From Actinomycetota bacterium (GTDB lineage: Bacteria > Actinomycetota > Acidimicrobiia > IMCC26256 > PALSA-610), in the NCBI GenBank assembly GCA_052390615.1, contig JBQTGT010000007.1, forward strand, positions 73,614-137,613: a stretch of DNA of 64,000 nucleotides, given 5' to 3'. The position numbers and the translations under genes were made by a program. The notes beneath the pieces are model-generated. The model searched no databases. It saw nothing but the letters and a program-made list of their open reading frames with translations, and was not told the DNA's origin. Positions 9,201 to 17,071 of this stretch are shown in pieces; within the stretch, counting starts at the first letter, position 1, and each line of letters begins with the position of its first letter.

Positions 9201-9784
9201 AAGGGTTGCTTGTTCCCGCGGTCGCCTGGGGCTACTTCGCGGTCAACGCCGTAGGGGACGATCTTGTGGTGTGGAAGGACGACACGCGCACGCAGGAGTG
9301 GCTCCGCTTCGTCTACCCGCGCCAGCGCAAGGCCCCGTTTCACTGCATCAGCGACTTCTTCCGCGGCAGCGACCCCGACTACGCCGCGTTCCACGTCGTG
9401 ACCGTCGGCGCCCGCGCGAGCGAACGCGAGAAAGAGTTGTTCGCCGCGAACCACTACCAGGACTATCTGCTACTGCATGGTGTCTCGGTGGAGATGACCG
9501 AAGCGTTAGCCGAACTCTGGCACCGCCGCATCCGCGAAGAATGGGGCTTCGCCGACGAAGACGGCCCCTCGATCGCGGGCTTGTTCCGCCAGCAGTACCG
9601 CGGGTCGCGCTACTCGTGGGGCTACCCCGCGTGTCCCGACCTTGAGGAGCAAACGAAGGTGGCGGAGCTATTGGAAGTCGACCGCATCGGCGTGTCGTTG
9701 ACCGAGGAATGCCACCTCGTGCCCGAACAGTCGACGTCCGCAATCATCGTCCCGCACCCGGAGGCCAAGTATTTCGTGGTGTAA
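6275..9784 (+). CDS. metH: Cobalamin-dependent methionine synthase
   Basis: The 1169-aa protein has all modules in order: Hcy-binding, pterin-binding, B12-binding (DVHDIGKN, the DxHxxG motif) and a C-terminal AdoMet-activation domain. Confidence 0.95.
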   Translation: MMVDPRGTASPVASGAQHPFLDALRERVLVLDGGFGTWMQGQDLGPDDFGGLALEGCNEMLVLTRPDLVAQMHSEYFEAGSDGVETATFGAFALVLNEYQIPEKTFEINKRAAEIANEVATSFATPDRPRFVIGSIGPGTRLPSLGHITYEQLRADFEEQVGGLLAGGADVLLIETVYDLLQAKAAINGARRAMTKAGVLLPIMCQVTVETTGRMLVGTEIGAALTAIEAMQVDVIGMNCATGPAEMTEHLRYLSQHARTFLSCLPNAGLPSVVDGRTHYDLTPELLGDAHERFVHEFGVNIVGGCCGTTPAHLRNVIERLGDARPPIVRTPEFEPGCSSIYSHVPFRQELAYLAVGERTNANGSKKFKQAMLDSDWDTCVQMAREQVKEGAHVLDVCVDYVGRDGNVDMHEIAGRFATQASLPLVFDSTEPDVVEVGLRHHGGKAILNSANLEEGEDEDKRMDRVFKLAREYGAAVICLTIDEVGQARDADWKLRVARRLYDLATQKYGLEPTDLIFDYLTFPLSTGDEDLRRDAMETIDAIRRSKDEVPGAATILGLSNVSFGLKPAARHVLNSVFLHECREAGLDAAIVHAARILPLHKIDERQREVALDLIYDRRKDGYDPLQEFMALFEGVEAGAVEREDRSGWSVEERLKHRIIDGDRDGLEADLDEQLRTIPALAVINDVLLSGMKVVGELFATGEMQLPFVLQSAETMKTAVAYLEPHMEKADSGGKGTVVLATVKGDVHDIGKNLVDIILTNNGYMVYNLGIKVAITEMIDKALEVDADALGMSGLLVKSTLIMRDNLEELNERGLAERVPVLLGGAALTRTYVEVDLRDKYQGRVFYGKDAFEGLRTMDTLMEGKKSGALDPAFGREPGTRKIGTRRSEQPVDESIEIPVRSDVALDAPVFAPPFLGARVAKGISLDEIATFVNETALFRNQWQFRPDKTQDETDDEFKLRVRATFREQLDTAKQEGLLVPAVAWGYFAVNAVGDDLVVWKDDTRTQEWLRFVYPRQRKAPFHCISDFFRGSDPDYAAFHVVTVGARASEREKELFAANHYQDYLLLHGVSVEMTEALAELWHRRIREEWGFADEDGPSIAGLFRQQYRGSRYSWGYPACPDLEEQTKVAELLEVDRIGVSLTEECHLVPEQSTSAIIVPHPEAKYFVV

Positions 9785-9874
9785 GCAGGGCTTCGAGGGC
9801 TGACGGCGCGACATCGACTCTGTGGAGAAATTCGGACGACGAGGATTCGCGCGAACGCGCAGTTCGCCATCGCT

Positions 9875-10246
9875 CTATTCCGGGGAGTGGCAGCACGCTT
9901 CGACGTTGTTGCCGTCGGGATCGCGAACGAACGCGCCGTAGTAGTCCGGGTGGTACTCGGGCCACACCCGCGGCTCGTGCAACACTTCGGCGTCCGCGCC
10001 AACCGCGGCATCGAAGAAGGCTCGCACTGTCGCGCGATCAGACGCCGCGAAACATATGTGCGACTCGCGAAAGCCGTCGCCGGAACTGAAGGTGCCGATC
10101 CAGAAGTCGGGTTTCGGGGCGATGCCATATCCGATCGCGACACCGAAGTCCATCAGGCGCTTGCCGCCGAGCGGTGCGAGCACCGTGTCGTAGAACGCGG
10201 CGCTGGCGTCCATGTCGGCACACTGGATCCCAAGGTGATCGATCAC
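9875..10246 (-). CDS. VOC/glyoxalase-family protein
   Basis: The sequence VIDHLGIQCADMDASAAFY...GAFVRDPDGNNVE is typical of the glyoxalase/bleomycin-resistance fold. GTG at 10246 has GGAGG 9 nt upstream. The longer track ORF extending to 10351 is Arg/Ser-rich. Confidence 0.8.
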   Translation of the reverse strand: MIDHLGIQCADMDASAAFYDTVLAPLGGKRLMDFGVAIGYGIAPKPDFWIGTFSSGDGFRESHICFAASDRATVRAFFDAAVGADAEVLHEPRVWPEYHPDYYGAFVRDPDGNNVEACCHSPE

Positions 10247-10292
10247 GACCTTCCACCTCCCCTTTCGTCCGTTCGAGCGTCGTGCACGAATG

Positions 10293-11147
10293 CTACGGCG
10301 CGAGTACCGCGCGCGCGATGAGGTCGACGCCGAAGGCGGTGAGGATCGCAAGGTACAGCAAGCCCGTCGCGGCCATCACCGCCGAGTAGTACCGCTCTCG
10401 GAGCGCGAACCACGTGAGGATCACGAGCCCGATCGTCGTGATCGCACACACAATCCAGATCCAGCCGAGCAGACCGCCGTAGCCATCGTCGATCGTGCCG
10501 TTCAGCGCCTGGATCATTCCCGTGGGCCACAAGAACACGGCGATCTCGAATGGCCACATGAGCCCCGTCGCGAGGACGAGCTCGTTCACCGGCTCGCGCC
10601 GCAGTCCCGGCTGCACGAGGTACCAGTGGCCGAGCAGCATCGCGTCGGACACTGCGCCGAGGAAGGCGGCGCCGACAACGAGGCGCGCGGCGGCCAGCAG
10701 GTACGGCCCGCCCGCGAACTCGGCGGCGACCAACAGCGCCACGAACGCGACCAGCGCGGCGACGAGGTCGAGCCCGGGTGGGAACTCCGGTCCGTCGGCG
10801 TGTGATTCGGGCGCGGCGCGGTTCAACATCGCGGCGACGCGCGCGCGACGGGATGCACGCTGCTCCTCTCGACCTCGGGCACCGACTCGGCGGCGCTGTA
10901 CCGAGACGACGAGCGCGACCGCGGTAACCACCGCAGCGAAATACGCGGCACCAAACGCAACCATGCGCGCCGCGGTCATGTCGTCCGTCAACCACAACGA
11001 GCCACCGAGAACCACCATCACTCCGAACACGCTGCGGATCAGCCACCCGTAGCCGAGACTCACCTCGCGGCGGCGGCTCGTCACCCATCCGAACAGCAGA
11101 CCGCCCGCGGCCCACTGCGCGAGGAACGTTCCCGCGTCGAGATCCAT
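10293..11147 (-). CDS. Integral membrane protein, function unknown
   Basis: About 8 hydrophobic segments. The ATG at 11147 lies 6 nt after the upstream stop. The track ORF extension to 11588 overlaps the M24 peptidase gene. Confidence 0.7.
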   Translation of the reverse strand: MDLDAGTFLAQWAAGGLLFGWVTSRRREVSLGYGWLIRSVFGVMVVLGGSLWLTDDMTAARMVAFGAAYFAAVVTAVALVVSVQRRRVGARGREEQRASRRARVAAMLNRAAPESHADGPEFPPGLDLVAALVAFVALLVAAEFAGGPYLLAAARLVVGAAFLGAVSDAMLLGHWYLVQPGLRREPVNELVLATGLMWPFEIAVFLWPTGMIQALNGTIDDGYGGLLGWIWIVCAITTIGLVILTWFALRERYYSAVMAATGLLYLAILTAFGVDLIARAVLAP

Positions 11148-11152
11148 CGGTG

Positions 11153-12241
11153 CTAGCCGACAACCGCGAGGTCGCGCGCCGCGGCATTGAGGCGGCGCGG
11201 CCCGTCGCCAGTCGCGACGACGATGTCCTCGAGCCGCATACCGAACCGGCCGGGGAAGTAGATGCCCGGCTCGACGCTGAACGCGTGCCCGACGGCGAGC
11301 GGCGTCGCGTTGCCGGCGACCATGTACGGGTCCTCGTGTGCCTCCTGGCCGATGCCGTGACCGACGCGGTGAACGAAGTAGTCGCCATACCCAGACGCGG
11401 CGATCACGGCGCGCGCGGCCGCGTCGACGTCTTCGCACGGCGTCCCGATGGTCGCGGCGCGCACGCCCGCCTCCTGCGCCTCCGAGAGCACGGCGTAGAC
11501 ATCGCGCACTTCGGTCGAGGGTTCGCCGACATGGAACATGCGCGTGATGTCGGAGCAGTAGCCGCGCATCGTGCCGCCGAAGTCGCACAGCACGATCTCG
11601 CCGTCTTGGATGGTTCGATCGGACGACGGCTCGTGGTGCGGGCTGGCCGCGTGCTCGCCGGCGGCGACGATTGCGAAGTTCGAGCGCTCGTGGCCGAGCG
11701 CGAGCATGCGCTCGACGAGCTCGCGCTGCACGTCCAGCTCGGTGCGGCCCGCGAACGGGCGCTGCCGCATCTCGGCCGCGACGGCATCGACCGCGTCGGC
11801 GGCCCGGGCGAGCGCGTCGATCTCAGCCGTGTCCTTCACCATTCGCAGCGGCGCGAGGACGAGCGACGCCTTCGAGAACGCGGTTGTCGGGAGTGCGCGC
11901 TGGAGGTCGAGCACGAAGCGGGCCGACGTGTGGTCGCCGATAGCGGCAGTGCGGGCCGCGCCGACCACGCGGGCGACCAGCGCGACGGGGTCGTCGGTCT
12001 CCTCCCACGCCACGATCTCGAAGAGGTCCGGGTGCGGGTCGACGCGGGGCGCTTCGAGACGGGGAACGACGAGGTACGCATCGCCCGCGCGCGGGAGCAC
12101 CAGCATCGTCAACCGTTCGAGCGGCATCGCCTCGTAGCCGGTGAGGTAGGGCAGGTCGGCGCCGACCGACAGCAACAGCACGTCGACGTCGAGCTCCGTC
12201 ATGCGCTCACGGGCGCGGCGGACGCGATCGGCGGAGCTCAT
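11153..12241 (-). CDS. M24-family Xaa-Pro aminopeptidase/dipeptidase
   Basis: Pita-bread metal ligand motifs: DFGGTMRGYCSD, HGIGQEAHEDP, SVEPGIY and RLEDIV. Confidence 0.85.
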   Translation of the reverse strand: MSSADRVRRARERMTELDVDVLLLSVGADLPYLTGYEAMPLERLTMLVLPRAGDAYLVVPRLEAPRVDPHPDLFEIVAWEETDDPVALVARVVGAARTAAIGDHTSARFVLDLQRALPTTAFSKASLVLAPLRMVKDTAEIDALARAADAVDAVAAEMRQRPFAGRTELDVQRELVERMLALGHERSNFAIVAAGEHAASPHHEPSSDRTIQDGEIVLCDFGGTMRGYCSDITRMFHVGEPSTEVRDVYAVLSEAQEAGVRAATIGTPCEDVDAAARAVIAASGYGDYFVHRVGHGIGQEAHEDPYMVAGNATPLAVGHAFSVEPGIYFPGRFGMRLEDIVVATGDGPRRLNAAARDLAVVG

Positions 12242-12353
12242 CGCGGCGTCATCGGATTCACGAAATGGCTTTTGATGGCAATACCCGCGCGTATAGCGCG
12301 CCTACGGGCTTTTGATGACAGTTGGTGGGATGTGGATACGCGAGCGGGAGCAG

Positions 12354-13952
12354 TCACGACACTGCGACGGACGCGCCTTCGATCGCGGCGCGGGCGTGAT
12401 AGCTGGAGCGCACGAGCGGGCCCGCTTCGACGTGACGGAACCCGAGGGACTCCGCGTACTCGCGCAGCGCGTCGAACTCCTCCGGCCGCCACCAGCGAAC
12501 AACCGGCAGGTGCTGCGCCGACGGCCGCAAGTACTGACCGACGGTGAGCACTTCGACGCCGACGCCGCGCAGGTCGACGAACGCGGCGCGCACTTCGTCG
12601 AGCTCTTCGCCCATGCCGAGGATGATCCCCGACTTGGTGACGAGTCCGGCGTGCTTCGCGCGTGCCAGCACGGTGAGCGAGCGGGCGTAGCCGGCCGACG
12701 GTCGCGCCGCGCGCTGCAAGCGCGCCACCGTCTCGAGGTTGTGGTTGAGGATGTCGGGTCTCGACGCGAAGATCGTCGCCAGTGCGTCGGCGTCGCCTTT
12801 GCAGTCCGCAATCAACAGCTCGACGGCGGTATCGGGACTCGCCGCGCGAATTGCGTCGACCGTGCGCGCGAACACATGCGCGCCGCCGTCGGCGAGATCG
12901 TCACGCGCGACGCACGTCACGACCGCGTGCGCGAGTCCCATCGCGACAACGGCATCGGCGACGCGCGCGGGCTCGTCGTCATCGACGGCGAGCGGCTTGC
13001 GGGTGTCGACGAGACAGAAGCCGCACGCGCGCGTGCACCGGTCGCCGAGGATCATGAACGTCGCGGTGCGATCGGACCAGCACTCGTAGATGTTCGGGCA
13101 GCCCGCTTCTTCACAGACCGTGTGCAGATCTCGGTCGCGCATCAGCTGCTTCAGCTCGAGGTAGCCGTCGTCGAACCGGGCGCGCACCTTCATCCACTCG
13201 GGGCGCTCGCGCGCGAGGTCGACCGACATCGGCACGCCGGCCTCGGCCAGGCGGCCCAGCAGCCTGACCGGCTGGGACGCGACCGCGTCGGGATCACGCC
13301 ACGCGACGTCCTGGCGCTCAATGGAGTGATGGCCGAACGCCGCCGCGAACCGCGCCACGACCTGTTCGACAACCGCGCGCATGGCGGGTGCCGCACCAAG
13401 GAGGCGCGCCATGGACGTCACGCCGCGATCGCGGATACCGCACGGGACGATGTGGTCGAACATTGTGAGGTCGGGGTCGACGTTCAGCGCGAAACCGTGG
13501 CGGGTGCGACCGAGGGCGACACGCACGCCGATCGCGGCGACCTTTTCGTCGCCAACCCAGACGCCGGTGTAGCCCGGCGCCGGCGCGGCGCCGATCCCGA
13601 AGTCCGCGAGCACACCGACCAACACGGACTCGAGACGGCGCACGTAGGCCACGACGTCGCGTTGCCCCGCACGCCACTCCGCGAGCGAGATGATCGGGTA
13701 GCCGACGAGCTGACCGGGACCGTGGTACGTGACGTCGCCCCCGCGATCGGCCTCGACCAGCTCGGCACCGACCGAACCGGGATCGGCGAGGACGTGCTCG
13801 AGCTTGGCGCTCGACCCGAGCGTGTAGACGTGCGGGTGCTCTTGGAGGAGCAGGTAGTCGTCGTGGGAGTGCTCGTGCAGCGCGCGCTGCAACACTTCGG
13901 CTTCCTGGTAGGGCACGCCGCCCAACCAGCGCGCGCGCAGCAGAGTCGTCAC
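12354..13952 (-). CDS. lipB/lipA: Fused octanoyltransferase LipB / lipoyl synthase LipA (single reading frame)
   Basis: LipB motifs: RGGDVTYHGPGQLVGYPI, KVAAIGVRV, PCG. After about 30 linker residues come the LipA motifs: CEEAGCPNIYECW and radical-SAM CTRACGFC. No stop codon separates them. The GTG start overlaps the E2 stop (GTGA at 13949-13952). Confidence 0.85.
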   Translation of the reverse strand: MTTLLRARWLGGVPYQEAEVLQRALHEHSHDDYLLLQEHPHVYTLGSSAKLEHVLADPGSVGAELVEADRGGDVTYHGPGQLVGYPIISLAEWRAGQRDVVAYVRRLESVLVGVLADFGIGAAPAPGYTGVWVGDEKVAAIGVRVALGRTRHGFALNVDPDLTMFDHIVPCGIRDRGVTSMARLLGAAPAMRAVVEQVVARFAAAFGHHSIERQDVAWRDPDAVASQPVRLLGRLAEAGVPMSVDLARERPEWMKVRARFDDGYLELKQLMRDRDLHTVCEEAGCPNIYECWSDRTATFMILGDRCTRACGFCLVDTRKPLAVDDDEPARVADAVVAMGLAHAVVTCVARDDLADGGAHVFARTVDAIRAASPDTAVELLIADCKGDADALATIFASRPDILNHNLETVARLQRAARPSAGYARSLTVLARAKHAGLVTKSGIILGMGEELDEVRAAFVDLRGVGVEVLTVGQYLRPSAQHLPVVRWWRPEEFDALREYAESLGFRHVEAGPLVRSSYHARAAIEGASVAVS

Positions 13953-15277
13953 GCGAGCTCGGTGTCCCAGTCCCGCGTGTCGAGCACTTTGCGGATCTCG
14001 CTCAAGAACGATGCCGCGTACGCACCGTCGAACGCGCGGTGGTCCCACGCGAGCGCGAGGTGGCCGACGTGGTGAATCGCGATGGTGTCCTCACCGTCGG
14101 GGCCTTCGACGACAACTGGATCCTTGCGGATCCCGTCCGAAGCGAGGATCGCAACTTGGGGTTGGTTGATGATCGGCAGCGTGATCTCGGTACCGAACGG
14201 GCCCATGTTGGTGATCGTGAACGTGCCGCCGACGACATCGTCGGGGCCGAGCTGCTTGGTCTTAGCTCGCGCCGCGAGGTCACGGATCTCCCGCGCGATG
14301 AGTCGCAAGCGCTTGCCGTCGGCGTTCTTGATCACCGGCGCGACGAGTCCCTTGAAGTCGAGATCGACCGCAATGCCGAGGTGGACGTCGCGGTGCACGA
14401 CGAGGCTGTCGCCGTCGACCGTCGCGTTGACGTGCGGGTAGTCGTGCACGACGTCGCAAAACGCGCGCACGATGAACGGCAGATACGTGAGGCCGAATCC
14501 TTCGGTCGCGCGCCACTCGCTCTGATGGGCAGCTCGCGCCCGCTCGATCCGTTCGAAGTCGACGCGGACCGAGGTATACACGTGCGCACTCGTCGCCTTG
14601 GACCGGACCATGTGCTCGGCCGTGCGCCGTCGGATGTTGTCGAACGCTATGACTTCGTCGCCAGTGCCGCGCGCGACTGGGGCGGCGGCGGGCGCCGCCG
14701 GTGCGGACGCCGGCGCCGGCGCGGACGCAGGCGCGCGCGCCGCGCCCCCACCGTTGGCGCGCGCGGCGGCCATCACGTCGTTGCGGGTGATGCGCCCGCC
14801 CTCACCCGTCGGAGTGATCAGTGCGGGGTCGAGGCCGTGCTCGGCAATCAAGCGGCGCACGATCGGTGACGCGACCACGCCCGCCGGCGCCGGCGCGGCG
14901 GCCGCGGGTGCGGGGGCCGGCGCCGGCGCGGGCGCGGGTGGTGGCGGTGCCGCGGCCGCGAGTGGCGGTGCGGGCACCGCCTCGGGTGCGGGTGTCGGTG
15001 CGGGCGTGGATTGCGCGGCGGGCCCGGGAGCACTCGCGCCGCCCGCGGCATCCGAGATCACCGCAAGGCGCGCGCCGACCGGGACGGTCTCGCCTTCGGG
15101 CACGAGGATCTCCGAGACCACACCTGCGGTCGGCGCGGGCACCTCGGAATCGACCTTGTCGGTCGAAACCTCGAAGAACGGCTCGTCGACCGCGATCTGC
15201 TCGCCGACCTGCTTGAACCAGCGGGTGATCGTGCCCTCCGTGACCGTTTCTCCGAGCTGCGGCATCGTCACATCCAC
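13949..15277 (-). CDS. Dihydrolipoamide acyltransferase (E2 of a 2-oxoacid dehydrogenase complex)
   Basis: Lipoyl domain (VSTDKVDSEVPAP), Ala/Pro linkers, a peripheral-subunit-binding domain (PIVRRLIAEHGLD) and a catalytic domain (DHRAFDG). GTG at 15277 follows AAGGA. The ORF portion upstream of that is likely non-coding. Confidence 0.9.
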   Translation of the reverse strand: MDVTMPQLGETVTEGTITRWFKQVGEQIAVDEPFFEVSTDKVDSEVPAPTAGVVSEILVPEGETVPVGARLAVISDAAGGASAPGPAAQSTPAPTPAPEAVPAPPLAAAAPPPPAPAPAPAPAPAAAAPAPAGVVASPIVRRLIAEHGLDPALITPTGEGGRITRNDVMAAARANGGGAARAPASAPAPASAPAAPAAAPVARGTGDEVIAFDNIRRRTAEHMVRSKATSAHVYTSVRVDFERIERARAAHQSEWRATEGFGLTYLPFIVRAFCDVVHDYPHVNATVDGDSLVVHRDVHLGIAVDLDFKGLVAPVIKNADGKRLRLIAREIRDLAARAKTKQLGPDDVVGGTFTITNMGPFGTEITLPIINQPQVAILASDGIRKDPVVVEGPDGEDTIAIHHVGHLALAWDHRAFDGAYAASFLSEIRKVLDTRDWDTELA

Positions 15278-15398
15278 TCTGCATCCTTTGTCGCTCGTCG
15301 GGCGGACCGGGATACCCGGCCCGCTGATCCTTCTCGCTCCGGCCAGTGCGCTCGCTGCTCTCGCGCACGGCGCGGTTGGCGGTTGTCGGCGGAACTCA

Positions 15399-16793
15399 TC
15401 ATGCGTGCAGGCTGCGGCCGGTGAGGGCGAGCGCGGATTCACCGAACAACTCCGACAACGTCGGGTGCGCGTGGATCAACAGCCCGAGATCGGCCGGCGT
15501 CGCTTCCCAATTCACCGACAGGTAACCCTCGGTCACCAGCTCGGTCGCCCACGGCCCGGCGATGTGTACACCGAGGATGGGACCGTCGCGCTCCGCCACG
15601 ATCTTCACCATGCCGTCGCTCTCGCCGACGATCAGCGCCCGGCCGTTGCCGACGAACTTGTGCACCGAGGTGACGACGTCGTACCCCCGCTCACGCGCCT
15701 GCTCCTCGGTCAGCCCACAGAACCCCACCTCGGGGTGACAGTAGATGCCCCACGGCACCTTCTCGTAGTCGACCGGCAGCACGTGCTCGCCGAGAATCGT
15801 CTTGATCGCGACGATCGCCTCCGCAAACGCAACGTGCGCCAGTTGTGGTGTCGCGACCAGATCGCCGACGGCGTACACACGGTCGGCCGCGGTGCGCAAG
15901 TTGCCGTCGACCGCGACGAACCCTCGCTCGTCGATCTTCACCCCGGCTTCCTCGAAGCCGACTCCGTCGCTGCGCGGACGGCGGCCGACGCTCACGACGA
16001 CCTGATCGACTTCGAGGCGCGCTTGGCCGTCCTTGCCTTCGAACCGCACCGCTGCGCCCGCTTTCTTGCCGAGATCGAGCGTCACGACCTTCACGCCGGT
16101 CTGCACCTGCATGCCGCGCTTCGCGAACGCGCGCGCGACGGTTTGCGCCACCTGCTTGTCGACCCCGGTGAGGATCTGGGGCAGGACTTCGAGCACGGTG
16201 ACTTCGGCACCCACATCGACGAGGAACGACGCGAACTCACACCCGATGGCGCCACCTCCGACAACCGCGACCCGCTGCGGAACCCGGTCGATCGTGAGCA
16301 CGTGATCGGATGACAGGACGCGCTCGCCGTCATAGTCGAACCCCGGCAGCGGCAACGCGCGCGGCGTCGAGCCGGTCGCGAGCACGACGCTCCGGCCGCT
16401 CACTTCGGTCCCGTCGGACACGCGCACCGTCCGCGCGTCCGGCGCGAGCATCCCTGTTCCGGGCACGACGGTCACCTTGCGGTGCTTCAGCAACGATTCG
16501 AGTCCGCCCGTGAGCGTGTCGATCACTTGCTGCTTGCGCGTCTGGGTGATTGACATGTCGAGCGACGGCGCCGATGACTGCACGCCGAATGTCGCCGCGT
16601 CGCCGACAGTGCGGTATACCTCCGCGGTCTGCAGCAGTTCCTTCGCGGGGATGCAGCCGCGGTGAAGACACGTGCCCCCGACCCGTTGTTCCTCGACCAT
16701 CGCAACGTTGAGACCGGCCGAGGCGCCATAGAGCGCCGCGGCATAACCGCCCGGGCCGCCCCCAAGCACCACTACATCGAACTCGTCCGCCAC
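15399..16793 (-). CDS. lpd: Dihydrolipoyl dehydrogenase (E3)
   Basis: GGGPGGY FAD motif, redox disulfide GGTCLHRGCIPAK, and a C-terminal HAHPT interface motif. GTG start is preceded by AGAGGTGA. Confidence 0.9.
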   Translation of the reverse strand: MADEFDVVVLGGGPGGYAAALYGASAGLNVAMVEEQRVGGTCLHRGCIPAKELLQTAEVYRTVGDAATFGVQSSAPSLDMSITQTRKQQVIDTLTGGLESLLKHRKVTVVPGTGMLAPDARTVRVSDGTEVSGRSVVLATGSTPRALPLPGFDYDGERVLSSDHVLTIDRVPQRVAVVGGGAIGCEFASFLVDVGAEVTVLEVLPQILTGVDKQVAQTVARAFAKRGMQVQTGVKVVTLDLGKKAGAAVRFEGKDGQARLEVDQVVVSVGRRPRSDGVGFEEAGVKIDERGFVAVDGNLRTAADRVYAVGDLVATPQLAHVAFAEAIVAIKTILGEHVLPVDYEKVPWGIYCHPEVGFCGLTEEQARERGYDVVTSVHKFVGNGRALIVGESDGMVKIVAERDGPILGVHIAGPWATELVTEGYLSVNWEATPADLGLLIHAHPTLSELFGESALALTGRSLHA

Positions 16794-17071
16794 GCGATCA
16801 CCTCTATCGTCGACAGCGCAGATTCATTGATCGGCGAGCACGGTCACTTGCAGCGCAAATGCCACCAAGATCGCGAGACCGGTGACGGCTGCGAGGATCA
16901 GCAACATCCGCGTGCTCACGTACCGAACGGTACAGCGGTCCAACCCCGCGAGGGCCGTTCGGGCGGCGGTGTCCCGTTGTACGGCCGTCGCGCCGTACAA
17001 TTCGCACCTTGTCAGCCGCGCGTGAGCGAGGAGCCCCGGCGCGTGAGCACTCCGAGCGCGATGTGTAGATC

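Noticed and set aside
8072-9454. 460-aa minus-strand ORF inside metH
   Set aside because: It is an antisense shadow of a gene with unambiguous MetH modules and has no recognisable domain.
12312-14075. 587-aa plus-strand ORF
   Set aside because: It is antisense to the LipB-LipA gene. Its translation is Arg/Ala/Gly/Asp-rich with no motif, while the opposite strand encodes complete LipB and LipA catalytic motifs. This is a typical high-GC shadow ORF.
14598-16313. 571-aa plus-strand ORF
   Set aside because: It is antisense to the E2 and lpd genes. The Ala/Gly/Arg low-complexity translation mirrors the E2 Ala/Pro linkers.
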